From Tubiluchus corallicola (lineage: Eukaryota; Animalia; Priapulida), in assembly GCA_030141605.1 (NCBI GenBank), contig JAQGDQ010001354.1, positions 1 through 44,946 of the forward strand: a stretch of DNA of 44,946 nt, written 5' to 3'. Shown in pieces: positions 30,156 to 42,463 of the stretch. The number at the start of each line of letters is the position of its first letter. The stretch's first letter is position 1. A program made the position numbers and the translations under genes. A model generated the notes under the pieces. The model saw only the letters and a program-made list of their open reading frames with translations, was not told the DNA's origin and searched no databases.

Positions 30156-31974
30156 CTTATTGCGGAGCCTAGCTAGCAAACTAGGGAGGTATAGATTCAC
30201 TGCACAATGCGTATTTCGTGGTCTGAGGTCGCTCTAGTATTCGTCATAGCCATTCCGACCCAGCCGAAGCTCCCGTAGTCGGGGAATTAATTAATTAAAA
30301 TTAATTGCCTAATTAGCATTTGTACTACCATTTCAAAAGTTTGGGTTAGGGTTAGGGTTGGGTCGGGTTTAGGGTTGGGTTGGGTTAGGGTCAGGGTCAG
30401 GGTCAGGGTCAGGGTCAGGGTCAGGGTCAGGGTCAGGGTTGGGTTAGGGTTAGGGTTAGGTTGAGGGTTAGGCTTAAGGCAGTTTTTAGTGTTCTTGAAC
30501 AACTTATTTTGATTGAATCAAATTAGTACTTATGGAGTTTTTTTACTTGGCTTATTAATATTCAGAAATAATTGTAAATGCCTGTTCTAAAGTCACTGTA
30601 AATGTCTGTTTTTACTTAGCTTATTATTGTTCTGAAGTCACTGTAAATGTCTGTTTTGACTTAGCTTATTATTGTTCTGAAGTCACTGTAAATGTCTGTT
30701 CTTACTTAGCTTATTATTGTTCTGAAGTCACTGTAAATGTCTGTTTTGACTTAGCTTATTATTGTTCTGAAGTCACTGTAAATGTCTGTTTTGATTTAGC
30801 TTATTACTGTTCTGAAGTCACTGTAAATGTCTGTTTTGACTTAGCTTATTATTGTTCTGAAGTCACTGTAAATGTCTGTTTTGACTTAGCTTATTACTGT
30901 TCTGAAGTCACTGTAAATGTCTGTTTTGATTTAGCTTATTACTGTTCTGAAGTCACTGTAAATGTCTGTTTTGACTTAGCTTATTATTGTTCTGAAGTCA
31001 CTGTAAATGTCTGTTCTGACTTAGCTTATTATTGTTCCGAAGTCAATGTAAATGTCTGTTTTGACTTAGCTTATTATTGTTCTGAAGTCAATGTAAATGT
31101 CTGTTCTGACTTAGCTTATTATTGTTCTGAAGTCACTGTAAATGTCTGTTTTGATTTAGCTTATTACTGTTCTGAAGTCACTGTAAATGTCTGTTTTGAC
31201 TTAGCTTATTATTGTTCTGAAGTCACTGTAAATGTCTGTTCTTACTTAGCTTATTATTGTTCTGAAGTCACTGTAAATGTCTGTTTTGACTTAGCTTATT
31301 ATTGTTCTGAAGTCAATGTAAATGTCTGTTCTGACTTAGCTTATTATTGTTCTGAAGTCACTGTAAATGTCTGTTCTGACTTAGCTTATTATTGTTCTGA
31401 AGTCACTGTAAATGTCTGTTCTGACTTAGCTTATTATTGTTCTGAAGTCACTGTAAATGTCTGTTTTGACTTAGCTTATTATTGTTCTGAAGTCAATGTA
31501 AATGTCTGTTATGACTTAGCTTATTATTGTTCTGAAGTCACTGTAAATGTCTGTTCTGACTTAGCTTATTATTGTTCCGAAGTCACTGTAAATGTCTGTT
31601 CTGACTTAGCTTATTATTGTTCTGAAGTCACTGTAAATGTCTATTTTGCCTTAGGATATTAATCGAAAGTCACTGTAAATGTCTGTTTTGATTTAGCTTA
31701 TTAATGTTCTTTTTTAAAGTTGAAATTTTATTTTAATTTCAGACCCTGACCCTGACCCTAACCCAACCCTAACCCAACCCTAACCCTAACCCAAACTTTT
31801 GAAATGGTAGTACAAGCGCTAATTAGGCAATTAATTTTAATTAATTAATTCCCCGACTACGGGAGCTTCGGCTGGGTCGGAATGGCTATGACGAATACTA
31901 GAGCGACCTCAGACCACGAAATGTTGTGTAGTAAATCTGTATCTCCCTAGTTTGCTAGCTAGGCTCTGTATAAG
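30156..31974. mobile_element. Foldback element with ~230-bp TIRs containing telomere-like repeats and an internal satellite
   Basis: 30156-~30400 is the reverse complement of 31741-31974; the inner part of each arm is GGGTTA/GGGTCA repeat. Confidence 0.88.
30584..31710. repeat. Minisatellite, 45-bp unit x ~25
   Basis: tctgaagtcactgtaaatgtctgttttgacttagcttattattgt. Confidence 0.97.
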
Positions 31975-32639
31975 TGTATGTGTATCCGTGCGTGTGTGAG
32001 TGCGTGTGTGTATGTGTGTGCGTGTGTGAACCAAAGCCACATGGGTGCTGGTAATGCATTACATGGGTTTACTATGCTATTCCTAAAAATAAAAAACACG
32101 CTCTTTGTGCTTTACTGGATTTGCTATTGGCTAGCTTGAAACCTTCGTCCGTTGTGGTAGGTCACTGAACATCTCCAGTCCAATTGGAAACATGCTTGCT
32201 TGCCTGTTTGAATATATTTGCTATATTTATGATTAAATTTACTTTTTTTAAACTGTCACATTTAAAATTTAATTACAGTTTTTTGTTTGCTGTTCATTTA
32301 ATAGCTGCATTTATAGATTGACTGCATTACTTGCTTTTTGTGTTAATTTGTCACATTATGATCACTGATTGCTTCATTTATTACATTTAAGACTTACTGC
32401 ACAAATTTTCTTTTGTTTTTTTTTGTTGTGCATTCATTATTTAACTACATTTTCGTTCATTTGCTGCATTTTAGTTCACTCGCTGCATTTATGATTTAAC
32501 CGCATTGCTTGCTTTTTTGTCGTTGCATTCTTGACTTGTTCAGTTGTTGTTTTAATTTTTAACTGCATTATTTGCTTGCTTTTTTTTCTATTGGTATAAT
32601 TATAATATAACCGCTTTGCATTTTGTTTATTTGCTTAAG

Positions 32640-32836
32640 ACCTAACCACGTATTTATTCACTTAACCATGCGGTCTGCCGTGTTTTATAATATTCCTAAG
32701 TTATATAGGGGTGGCTGACTCGATGCCTCCTGGTCTTTCGCCACCCCATATCTACACACTTTACATAATTTGTTGTATTTGCGCTATAAATATTATATTA
32801 GAGATAAATAAACCTTTTGAATTGAATTGAATTGAT
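32640..32836 (+). mobile_element. Possible CR1/L2-type LINE or SINE 3' end
   Basis: Stem ggggtggc...gccacccc, then aataaa and a (ttgaa)n tail. Confidence 0.35.
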
Positions 32837-33834
32837 CTAAAGGAAAAGTGACCAAAGCCAACTGCCCTTCCCCCTTGACCAGTGGTCAGTGGTCACTACA
32901 CTGTAACTCGTCCCCCGCCCAGGACCACCAACCTTGTGAGTTTGGTGGTCCTAACTTGCAAAGCTTAAGATTTATTAAGCATTAAAGTTGTGGGGAATAA
33001 ATAATAATAATAACTCATTGAAAAATAGTAACATATTGCTATAGCAAAATGTTAATAATTGAAACAACAACGCGAAGAAATCGTCTTTATGCATTCTTGT
33101 TGATGTTTTCTAACTCTCTATTTACACTACTCGAGGCGCCACCTGTTAACAAAAATGCAAACATTTACACATTCTGATTTACCATGCGATATAAGATGTT
33201 ATTGCGCTGAAATCTCCATTGTAAATAAATTGCTTGATGAAATAATACACATGACTGATTTTAAAATGTTTTTGTGCTGAAATGTAAATTGGCTTTTTTT
33301 GACTTGGTATTACTTTTCTCTATTGTGAGCCTCCCGCACGATTCTCTCACTCGTTGTATTTTTCACAACACGCTTTGTACCTTGCGATCCTTGCTCTTTT
33401 ACCACTCACGTCTAGTGTACATAGTGAACAGATGTTGGCATAGTAAGGACCTCTACCGTCGACTGTTTTTTTAACATATTCCAATGTCTTGTTTCGTTAA
33501 ATTGGACACTGCTATATTTCACGCGCATGCGTTCAACGTTTTAATCAGTGAAATGAGACGAAAATACACCAAAACTGCGATTGTTGAAAGAAATCATCTG
33601 CAAATTACAAAACAAAATCATATTTTAAAGCCTATAATTAAGCATATTAATCTATTTGATAGAGGCTTTATTTCGCTCTTCGTGACATAGCGAATTGACT
33701 GTCTGTTGTGATAGAAACTGCTATAATCAGAGCAAGTAGTCCTAACACAGCACCAAGTATTGCACCTAGCCTTGTGTCTGATTCTTCTGAAAATTATAAT
33801 GTTTTTATTTGTATTTGAAATACCATCACTGCGC

Positions 33835-34110
33835 AACAGCAGTAGCAGCAGCAGCAGTAGTAGTAGTAACAGCAGTAGTAATAGCTGTAGCAGCAGTAGC
33901 AGTAATGGTGGTAGCAGGAGCAGTAGTAGCAGCAGTAGCAGTAATGGTGGTAGCAGTAGCAGTAGTAGTAGTAGTAGTGGCAGCGTCAGCAGCAGCAGTC
34001 GTGGTAGCAGCAGCAGCAGTAGTAATAGTAGTGGAAACAGCAGCAGCGGTAGTATCAGTCATTCATTCATTCATTCATTCATTCATTCATTCATTCAATC
34101 AATCAATAAA
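33835..34110. repeat. (CAG/TAG)n then (CATT)n/(CAAT)n simple repeats
   Basis: Direct reading. Confidence 0.93.
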
Positions 34111-34408
34111 TCAATTGACCATATAGTAACTCCTGCGCAAACAGGTTTTTTATTCAACAAAAGTGCTTTACAAATTCAATTGAATATATTTTACGTTATA
34201 ACATTCTAAAAGATTGTAAAAATTTATATAGCTTGCACAACTTGTATTTGAGTAGAACTTCTAGCACTGTTACTTGTCCGACTCACTGCAATTAAGAATG
34301 TAGTTTAAACTGACCAATAACGTCACACTATGTCACATGAAACTTTAAACTGGGGTGTAGTTTCATTAAAAATAAACGTCTATACTCTAAAAAACACTTT
34401 GCCAAAAA

Positions 34409-34482
34409 TCAACTGCTACTCTTGAAACGTTTGAGTGGAAGATGGCGGTTTTGTTTGCAGTGCGCTTCTAGTATTTTCCATC
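34409..34482 (-). CDS. TTLL4: TTLL4-like terminal exon: [24 protein letters not shown]
   Basis: catttcag acceptor phase 1; GxxxLxxxCxxxxH pattern; AATAAA at 34149-34154. Confidence 0.78.
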
Positions 34483-37400
34483 CTGAAATGTTAAAATATG
34501 AGGCGTGATTGTAAAACCAGTATTGTAAAATATAGAGTACAATCATGAAACTAATATTATGTTTTAATTCAACACAGTCTAGTTGATTACAGTTTAAATT
34601 ATATAAAATAATTAATAAGTAGTGTAGCCCAGGTGTGCCCAACCTCCACCTTTTATTCTAAAATATGGCATTGGATATAAATTAGTGTTAATGATGCAAG
34701 TCCCACCACCTAAAAATACCAGCAGTTTAAACCCAAATCTTCTGAATAATTTTTGTACAAATATTTCGACACTTATTTGCTAAATTCATACACGCTTTGC
34801 TTTCAGCCAATCAGGTATCGTTTTAGTTCTGATTTTGACATGTGCACTTGTTTCCGAAGGTCAACACTTGCTGTACTTTGGAGCTGCAGTGGTAATCAGG
34901 TTAACTAGAGATGGCTCGTCTTCGTATCTGTGCTTTCTTCTGACCAGGCCTACAGTTTCCTGCTACCAGCTGTAGGTACTAAGTACGTGTTGGTATTAGT
35001 ACTAGGGGAGCTAGGTATCAGTTCCTTTTGTTTTACTTCTCTGTTATGTTCTTTTTTAATTTTACACAGAATCCTGTCTCAAGCTTTGCAAACAATCTAA
35101 ATTTCTTTCAGCCGAAGTTAACAAACAGCAATAGCTAGCCGTGTTATTCAATTCAGCTATGCTGTATTTTGGTTATGTTGAAACCATTATAAAGCTGCCC
35201 CGCCCCCGTGTCTGCAGACCTGAACCACCCCCGGGGTGACGAGGCGCCACCAGCAGTTCAATAAGCATTTTTTCCAGTGATTAATTATAAATAATACGAT
35301 TCGGAACACATCGACCGTTTATGTGGGGATTTTGTCAGTTCTTTCTGCATTAAACAACTTTTCAATGACTACGTCCCCTAATTTTTTGTTATCATAAATC
35401 ATTTTTACTTTTTAATGCATTTAATTATACGGAAAATTATTGCAAAAACCTTTTTTGGGTTATGTTTGCAAAACTACAGAATTCTCTCCGGTGACTTTGC
35501 TCATGTTTGAGTAGAATTAGGCCTATTGATCGGAACAAGTGTGGGCTGGATTGCATTAAATAAGCCGTGGGCCTCATTTCAAGGCAAGGTAGTAAACAGA
35601 CGTTTTATCCAGTATGTCAAGTCGTTCTCTGTTAAATTTTATCTGCTTAATTCCGATTAGCAATTAAATGTGCAGCATTCGTCGTTTTACTATTTTATCA
35701 TTTTATTAACTTCTTCACAGCATTATAATTTTATTAACTTCGTCACAGCATTATAATTTTATTAACTTCTTCACAGCATTATAATTTTATTAACTTCGTC
35801 ACATCATTATAATTTTATTAACTTCGTCACATCATTATAATTTTATTAACTTCGTCACATCATTATAATTTTATTAACTTCGTCACATCATTATAATTTT
35901 ATTAACTTCGTCACAGCATTATCATTTTATTAACTTCGTCACATCATTATAATTTTATTAACTTCGTCACAGCATTATAATTGTATTAACTTCGTCACAT
36001 CATTATAATTTTATTAATTTCATCACAGCATTATAATTTTATTAACTTCGTCACAGCATTACAATTTTATTAATTTCGTCACAGCATTATAATTTTATTA
36101 ACTTCGTCACATCATTATAATTTTATTAACTTCGTCACAGCATTATAATTTTATTAACTTCGTCACAGCATTATAATTTTATTAACTTCGTCACAGCATT
36201 ATAATTTTATTAACTTCGTCACAGCATTATAATTTTATTAACTTCGTCACAGCATTATAATTTTATTAGCTTTGTCAGATAATTAATTTAATAATTTTTG
36301 ATACTTGATTAGCACAAATTATTTCGTTTACTTCAGATAAAACGAAGACTGGTCGTAAATGATATGATGTCATTCATTCAAGTAAGTCATTGTGTAATAA
36401 TGATTATGGTTTATGACGATGATTAAAAAGTCATTTTGAACAACCATCTATAGGTTTTACACGTCAAATGTAGACCTACGTTAAGTCAAATGTAGATTTA
36501 GGTAATTCAAATGTGTCTTGGTAACTCAAATGTAGACTTAGGCAGTTCAAATGTGTTAACAATGATTTTCAAAAAATCTTGAGCGCTTTGGTAAGTCAAA
36601 TGTAGACACATGTCAAGTCAAATGTCCTATGTCTACATTTGACTTACCTAAGTCACATTTGAACTTTCCTGTGTCTACATTTGACTTACCCAAGTCACAT
36701 TTGAACTTTCATGTGTCTACATTTGACTTACCTAAGTCACATTTGAACTTTCCTGTGTCTACATTTGACTTACCTAAGTCACATTTGAACTTTCGTGTGT
36801 CTACATTTGACTTACCTAAGTCACATTTGAACTTTCCTGTGTCTACATTTGACTTACCTAAGTCACATTTGAACTTTCCTGTGTCTACATTTGACTTACC
36901 TAAGTCACATTTGAACTTTCCTGTGTCTACATTTGACTTACCTAAGTCACATTTGAACTTTCCTGTGTCTACATTTGACTTACCTAAGTCACATTTGAAC
37001 TTTCCTGTGTCTACATTTGACTTACCTAAGTCACATTTGAACTTTCCTGTGTCTACATTTGACTTACCTAAGTCACATTTGAACTTTCCTGTGTCTACAT
37101 TTGACTTACCTAAGTCACATTTGAACTTTCCTGTGTCTACATTTGACTTACCTAAGTCACATTTGAACTTTCCTGTGTCTACATTTGACTTACCTAAGTC
37201 ACATTTGAACTTTCCTGTGTCTACATTTGACTTACCTAAGTCACATTTGAACTTTCCTGTGTCTACATTTGACGTGTAAAACCTATAGTAGACAATCGGA
37301 CCCATATAACTAGCACCCGTAGGACACCTATAAGTTGTTTTACCCTTTTCAGGATCACTATGGTATTTTCTTGTCCAGGCGTCTAGAAGTAAATTACTGT

Positions 37401-39374
37401 AACGCTTGTGTTCAAAATATTTGAAGTATTTATGAGACGTTGGACTAGGAAAGACGCGGTGGAAACATTCACGCCTCTGATACTCGTCTTCTGCTTCTAT
37501 CAGCTCACTTACATCTGCTGGTGTGAGATCATCTAGAATATGAGATTCTATTTCCTGGAAAAGAAAAAAACTGTACTCTACCAGAAGCAATGGCAATGGC
37601 AACCGCAAAAGATAACGACGTTTTCATAATGACAGCGATGATGATGACGACAGCCACGACAACAGTAACGATAGAAATAAAATGAAGGACAGCTAAGTGC
37701 AAAAGCAGCAACAACAACAATAAGACAAGAACAATAGCGGACAAAGGTTGACAACAGCTTAGCGAAGGTAACAGAAGCACAAAGTAGCAGCAACCATGAC
37801 AAGGTAATGACTTGCTTGCGTACTTGTTTGCCTACTTGCTTGCTTGCCTCCTTTCTTGCTTGCTTACTATCTTGCATGCTTACTTGCCAACTTGCTTGCT
37901 TACTTTCTTTCTTGCATACTTGCTTGCTTGTTTACTTACTTACTTGCTTGCTTACTTGCTTATTGACTTACTTGTTTACTTATTAACTTATATACTTACT
38001 TACTTGCTTGCTTGCTTGCTTGCTTACTTGCTCATTTACTTACTTGCTTACTTACTTACTTATTCACTTACTTACCACCTTACTTACTTATTTGGTAATG
38101 ACAATAACAATGACAAAAGTAACAATAAAAAGAACTTCATCAGAGTCGTGAGGAAGAATTTGACCAGGACTCGAATTCTACCCTTGAACGGGACGTGGTC
38201 AAGATTGGTAAAGAGTTGCAATCAACCTACCTGTTCTGTCGCATTGTTTGCAAAGTAAAAACGCTTCCATCTTTCATGTGGCAAAAGATCAGACTCTTGA
38301 GGAGACTGCGGCATCTTGGGACCCGTAAAATCCTCTAAAACCACAGAATCATTGCTGAAAAGATGAATTGAGATATTTTAAATTTCCATGTATAGTTTGC
38401 ATTCTCCACCGTATTAGGCCGACATGAAACTGCTTGTAGGCAGTTTATATGCTGTCTGAGCAGAACAAATCGTGTGTTGACAGTTTAACAGACAGAGAGG
38501 ATTAATTTATACATTGATTCCAACTTGGCACAATCATTTTTCAAACAAAATGTTGAAATAATTAATATTCTTATTTAAGCAGTGAAATCACAATAACTTC
38601 TCTGCATAGTCCTACATATCAATCTATGATATCAGTTTCTTTCGTATCAATACAACGTATTTTCTCAGCTTAACACTTACTTTCTCTCAAATCTCGTGTT
38701 AAAATAATTATCAATCTTATTTTAGCAGTGAATCTATAACAGCTCCGGTATATTAATGTCTTACATAGTTTTTTGTATCATCCTAGTTTGGTATTTTTAT
38801 TCTGAAAAATGATGTTGAAATACTTACCATTCTAATTTAAGTTGCACAATTATAAAAAAATTCTCCCTATAGCCTCATATATCAATGTCAGATAATTCTG
38901 TTTGGCCTGACACAAATGTTAGTCTTACTGATTCACATAAACCTGCATAGTGAAAAAAATGCATCAAACCGCCTCTTCTATACATAGTGCCTGACCCCTA
39001 AAGTAAATTGCACTTAAAGTAAAAACAAATGAAGTGTTTTAGGGCTCATTGGTTGTTACAAAACAGCTGTTAATTTTTTCAGAAAATCTCTCAGAGAGAG
39101 AGGGAGAGAGAGAGTGTGTGTTGCTTTAATATTCCTCTCTTCATTTGTTGTCTCCACATTAAGGCTTTCCTACCTCGCAAGCCCATCGGGAAATGACGAC
39201 GATAATGATGACGACACAGGATGTAATGTTCTTGGAATTCGATATCCTGCCATGTTTAAATAACTTTGAACCATTAGTGCCGCCCGCTGGTGAGCAATTC
39301 TAGAAAAATGCCGTAAAGATTGCACTTTACTGCAGATTACACATTACTAAACATTACTTTACCTCTTGGTATAC

Positions 39375-39451
<77 letters not shown>

Positions 39452-39459
39452 GTGTGTGT

Positions 39460-39526
<67 letters not shown>

Positions 39527-40202
39527 CATCTATCCATCTATCTGTCTGTCTGTCTGTCTGTCTATCTATCCATCTATCTATCTATCCATCCATCGATCCA
39601 TCCATCCATCCATCCATCCATGCATCCATCCATCCATCCATCCATCCATCCATCCATCCATTCATCTATCTATCTCTATCTCTTTCTTTCTTTCCTCTCT
39701 ACTTTGTCCTATATATTGTTCTTTCCATTTTTCTTCTCCTCTACCATGACCCCACTTCTCTAGTATGGCTCGTCGCTTCATTCCATTTCTCCACCATGAT
39801 TCGCTCTCCTCCTACAATCCAACGTCTTTCCACAGACTTCTCTTTCAGCCACATTACACTGTCCCTCACAGTTCCACTCCTCCATCCCCCCCCCCAATTT
39901 TTCGCCCGACTCTCTTCTTTCTTTGGTTTAATTTTGAACTTAAATTAATTTACTTAATTCACTGCTCTTCTGACACTAACAAAAACATTTTAGTTTGAGG
40001 ATGCGTTAGGTAGAACACAAACGAATCTGCATAATAAACGTCTCCTATTTCAAAAATCTGCTCTTACCCAGGTAAAGTATTGACTTCCAGCAGCCAGAGA
40101 TTTAGATTGTCATCCAGAAGCAGATCATATCCATACAATTCATGACAGCAGTATGAAGACTTTGAGTTTGAGCTCATCATGTTGTACAAAACAGCTTCAC
40201 TG
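34409..40202 (-). CDS. TTLL4: Tubulin glutamylase TTLL4-like, 3' five exons (5' part beyond the right edge)
   Basis: complement(join(34409..34482,37344..37554,38231..38354,39174..39299,40068..40202)), phases 2-2-2-0-1 compatible; [23 protein letters not shown] and [11 protein letters not shown]...EDE..R...F.R.FP...Y...FE..RY.N.L...W..KY match the TTLL4 subfamily. Confidence 0.85.
35700..36268. repeat. Minisatellite, 28-bp unit x ~20
   Basis: ttttattaacttcgtcacagcattataa. Confidence 0.96.
36448..37288. mobile_element. MITE with perfect 28-bp TIRs and internal 42-bp x ~15 tandem array
   Basis: CTATAGGTTTTACACGTCAAATGTAGAC at both ends; unit gtgtctacatttgacttacctaagtcacatttgaactttcct at 36630-37272. 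Confidence 0.92.
37344..37554 (-). CDS. TTLL4: TTLL4-like exon: [15 protein letters not shown]...[11 protein letters not shown]
   Basis: 211 bp; conserved TTLL4 post-catalytic block. Confidence 0.92.
37810..38092. repeat. Degenerate (CTTG/CTTA)n tetranucleotide repeat
   Basis: Direct reading. Confidence 0.9.
38231..38354 (-). CDS. TTLL4: TTLL4-like exon: [41 protein letters not shown]
   Basis: tcttttcag acceptor phase 2, CAG|gtaggt donor phase 0; bridges the flanking exons in frame. Confidence 0.78.
39174..39299 (-). CDS. TTLL4: TTLL4-like exon: [22 protein letters not shown]...
   Basis: LNMAGYRIP matches the family LNLAGFxLP motif; tttttctag acceptor, gtagga donor. Confidence 0.85.
39378..39700. 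repeat. Compound microsatellite (CT)(GT)(GTCT)(CTAT)(CCAT)
   Basis: Direct reading. Confidence 0.95.
40068..40202 (-). CDS. TTLL4: TTLL4-like exon with catalytic GxD and EVN motifs
   Basis: [45 protein letters not shown]; tttttag acceptor, gtaaga donor. Confidence 0.92.
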
Positions 40203-40353
40203 CTAAAAATACAAATTACACTTCACAGTACAATAAACAGAACATAGAAGTCACACAGAGTGTAATGAATATAATGTTGTAAAGAAGAACAGTAATGAAA
40301 AATTCTGATTATTTTGCTAATTTTGATAAATATTGATAATTTTGATGAATTTT

Positions 40354-41350
40354 GATATCTCGATTTGCCGGACCTTGCTTTTGCAGATATCGGAAAAATC
40401 GGACAAAATCTGAACCGCTAAAAAGTCCCGCATACTGCGGACACGGTCCGTTGTTTCGCGAGCTGACCGCCAGTTGGCGGGCCGTGACTTTGTTACGTCA
40501 CGTACATCAGTGTAACCACGTGAATCGCTACGTATAAGAATATTAAATCAATTATGCGGAGTTATTTGAGTGAATTACCGGCATATACTTTTGCATAGGA
40601 GCGGCCCATATTATAGAGATTTTTGAAAAATTGGGCGATTGATTCTACATTACCGTGAGTCTAACGGCACCTATTGCATAAGCTTGGTATCGGTAAATAC
40701 GGACAATCGGCAAATTCGGACCGACGTCACCCCACTTTTGTCTGGCAAACCCAGATATGAGTGTACGGACAATCGGCAAATTCGGACCGACGTCACCCTG
40801 CTTTTGTCCGGCAAACCGAGATATGAGTGTACGGACAATCGGCAAATTCGGACCGACGTCACCCTGCTTTTGGCCGGTAAACCGAGACATGAGTGTACGG
40901 ACAATCGGCAAATTCGGACCGATGTCACCCTGCTTTTGTCCGGCAAACCGAGATATGAGTGTACGGACAATCGGCAAATTCGGACCGATGTCACCCTGCT
41001 TTTGTCTGGCAAACCGAGATATGAGTGTATGGACAATCGGCAAATTCGGACCGACGTCATCCTGCTTTTGTCCGGCAAACCGAGACATGAGTGTACGGAC
41101 AATCGGCAAATTCGGACCGACGTCTCCCTGCTTTTGTCCGGCAAACCGAGATATGAGTGTACGGACAATCGGCAAATTCGGACCGACGTCTCCCTGCTTT
41201 TATCCAGCAAACCGAGATATGAGTGTACGGACAATCGGCAAATTCGGACCGACGTCACCCTGCTTTTGTCCGGCAAACCGAGACATGAGTGTACGGACAA
41301 TCGGCAAATTCGGACCGACGTCTCCCTGCTTTTGTCCAGTAAACCGAAAC
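40354..41350. mobile_element. Non-autonomous element (Helentron/MITE-like) whose right end is amplified as a 66-bp x ~10 array
   Basis: Left end atatctcgatttgccggac is the inverse of gtccggcaaaccgagatat present in each 66-bp unit (40698-41350). Confidence 0.6.
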
Positions 41351-41622
41351 ATAATAGTTATGAAATTTTATATCAGCTACATTCTTTCTTATTGGTCACA
41401 GAGCTTTTGTTAGCAGCAATGCTGCATAAAATTCTACGTTTAAACTGTCTCAATACCGTTAGGTGGAGCCATTTTAACCGTAAGTTGTTTGAAGATAAAA
41501 ATGCAACTAGTTTGGATGAATAGACTAAATTTAGAAAAAACAGCCAGAGCATTGCTAGCGCACTCTTTACAGCTAAGCGAAAGTACGAATCACTTTATCT
41601 TGTCCATAGCATTAATAATATA

Positions 41623-42463
41623 CTAGCAAAGGCCCCGCAAAAGATTTTGCGTATAAATACACGTGTAATCAATAATACGCAAACGTCCTACCAAGTCCTC
41701 ATTTATAACACAAAGCCCGTAACATCCTGCCTACTTACCTAACGCAGTAGGCTGTAGCAGCGTTTACTCCTGCCTACTGTATGCTTAACTAACGCAAAGC
41801 AGCTTTTTGCTGAATTAAGCCAGCAGACTACAATGGATGACGTCAGCACAATGGAATTCGTCACAACAGTTTTCTAAGCGAAAATCGCCGAAAATAGAAC
41901 TCCTAACTAACTCGTTGATACTCCTCTCGGTGGACCTGTCCTAACATATAGCCCACATCATCGTGTAGCCCTGTCCTTCCTCTTTGTAAAGAGCTATATA
42001 TCTCCTTCCGAGAGTCCCACCGGGCGCCGCTAGAACGTTTTTCCCGCATGCTGTTTGGTCAAAATTTCGAAAAAATCGCGAGTTGTGTCCGGGAAAACGC
42101 CCGTTGCGGGGCGTCCTGGCCCTCTCGGGAATTCTAAATATGCCTACTACACCCACCGCTAAACGGGCTATCTAGCCATACCCAGCACCCCCCTCGGCCC
42201 GTTCCCGTTCTCTACATCTCAGCCGTATAACTTTTGCAATTTTTTGCAAAAAACGGCCGAAAAACGGCCATTTTGGGAGGTTTTTCGCCGCCCGTTCCTC
42301 CCGGTGGGCCCAATTCGAAAAATAAACCATCAATGGCACGACACTAGATCGAGACCTTTCGTTTGATATATAGATCGCCGCAAATGGTGCCCTCGTCCGG
42401 GCTGTAGCCTCGAATCTTATATATATATATAAATAAATATACCAAGAATATTAATATAATAGA
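41623..42463 (-). mobile_element. Non-autonomous Helitron-like element A, copy 1
   Basis: Minus strand starts TCTATTATATTAAT and ends with hairpin CGCAAAA-TC-TTTTGCG plus CTAG followed by T. Confidence 0.75.

Noticed and set aside
30343-31795. Telomere-telomere chromosome fusion site
   Set aside because: Tracts are short, degenerate and embedded in matching inverted arms; more parsimoniously part of a foldback element
33760-34209. Signal-peptide-like start plus poly-Ser ORF
   Set aside because: Non-ATG start; derived from (CAG/TAG)n and (CATT)n simple repeats just past the TTLL4 poly(A) signal
36629-37279. 216-aa ORF of 14-aa repeats and the repeat tail of ORF 36709-37608
   Set aside because: 42-bp tandem array inside a MITE; the real TTLL4 exon ends at the donor at 37343
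13849-41350. CRISPR-like appearance of the regular arrays
   Set aside because: Units are contiguous with no unique spacers, there are no cas genes, and the context is eukaryotic
40639-41523. 294-aa ORF with 22-aa repeats
   Set aside because: 66-bp array open in several frames on both strands, no splice support, intronic
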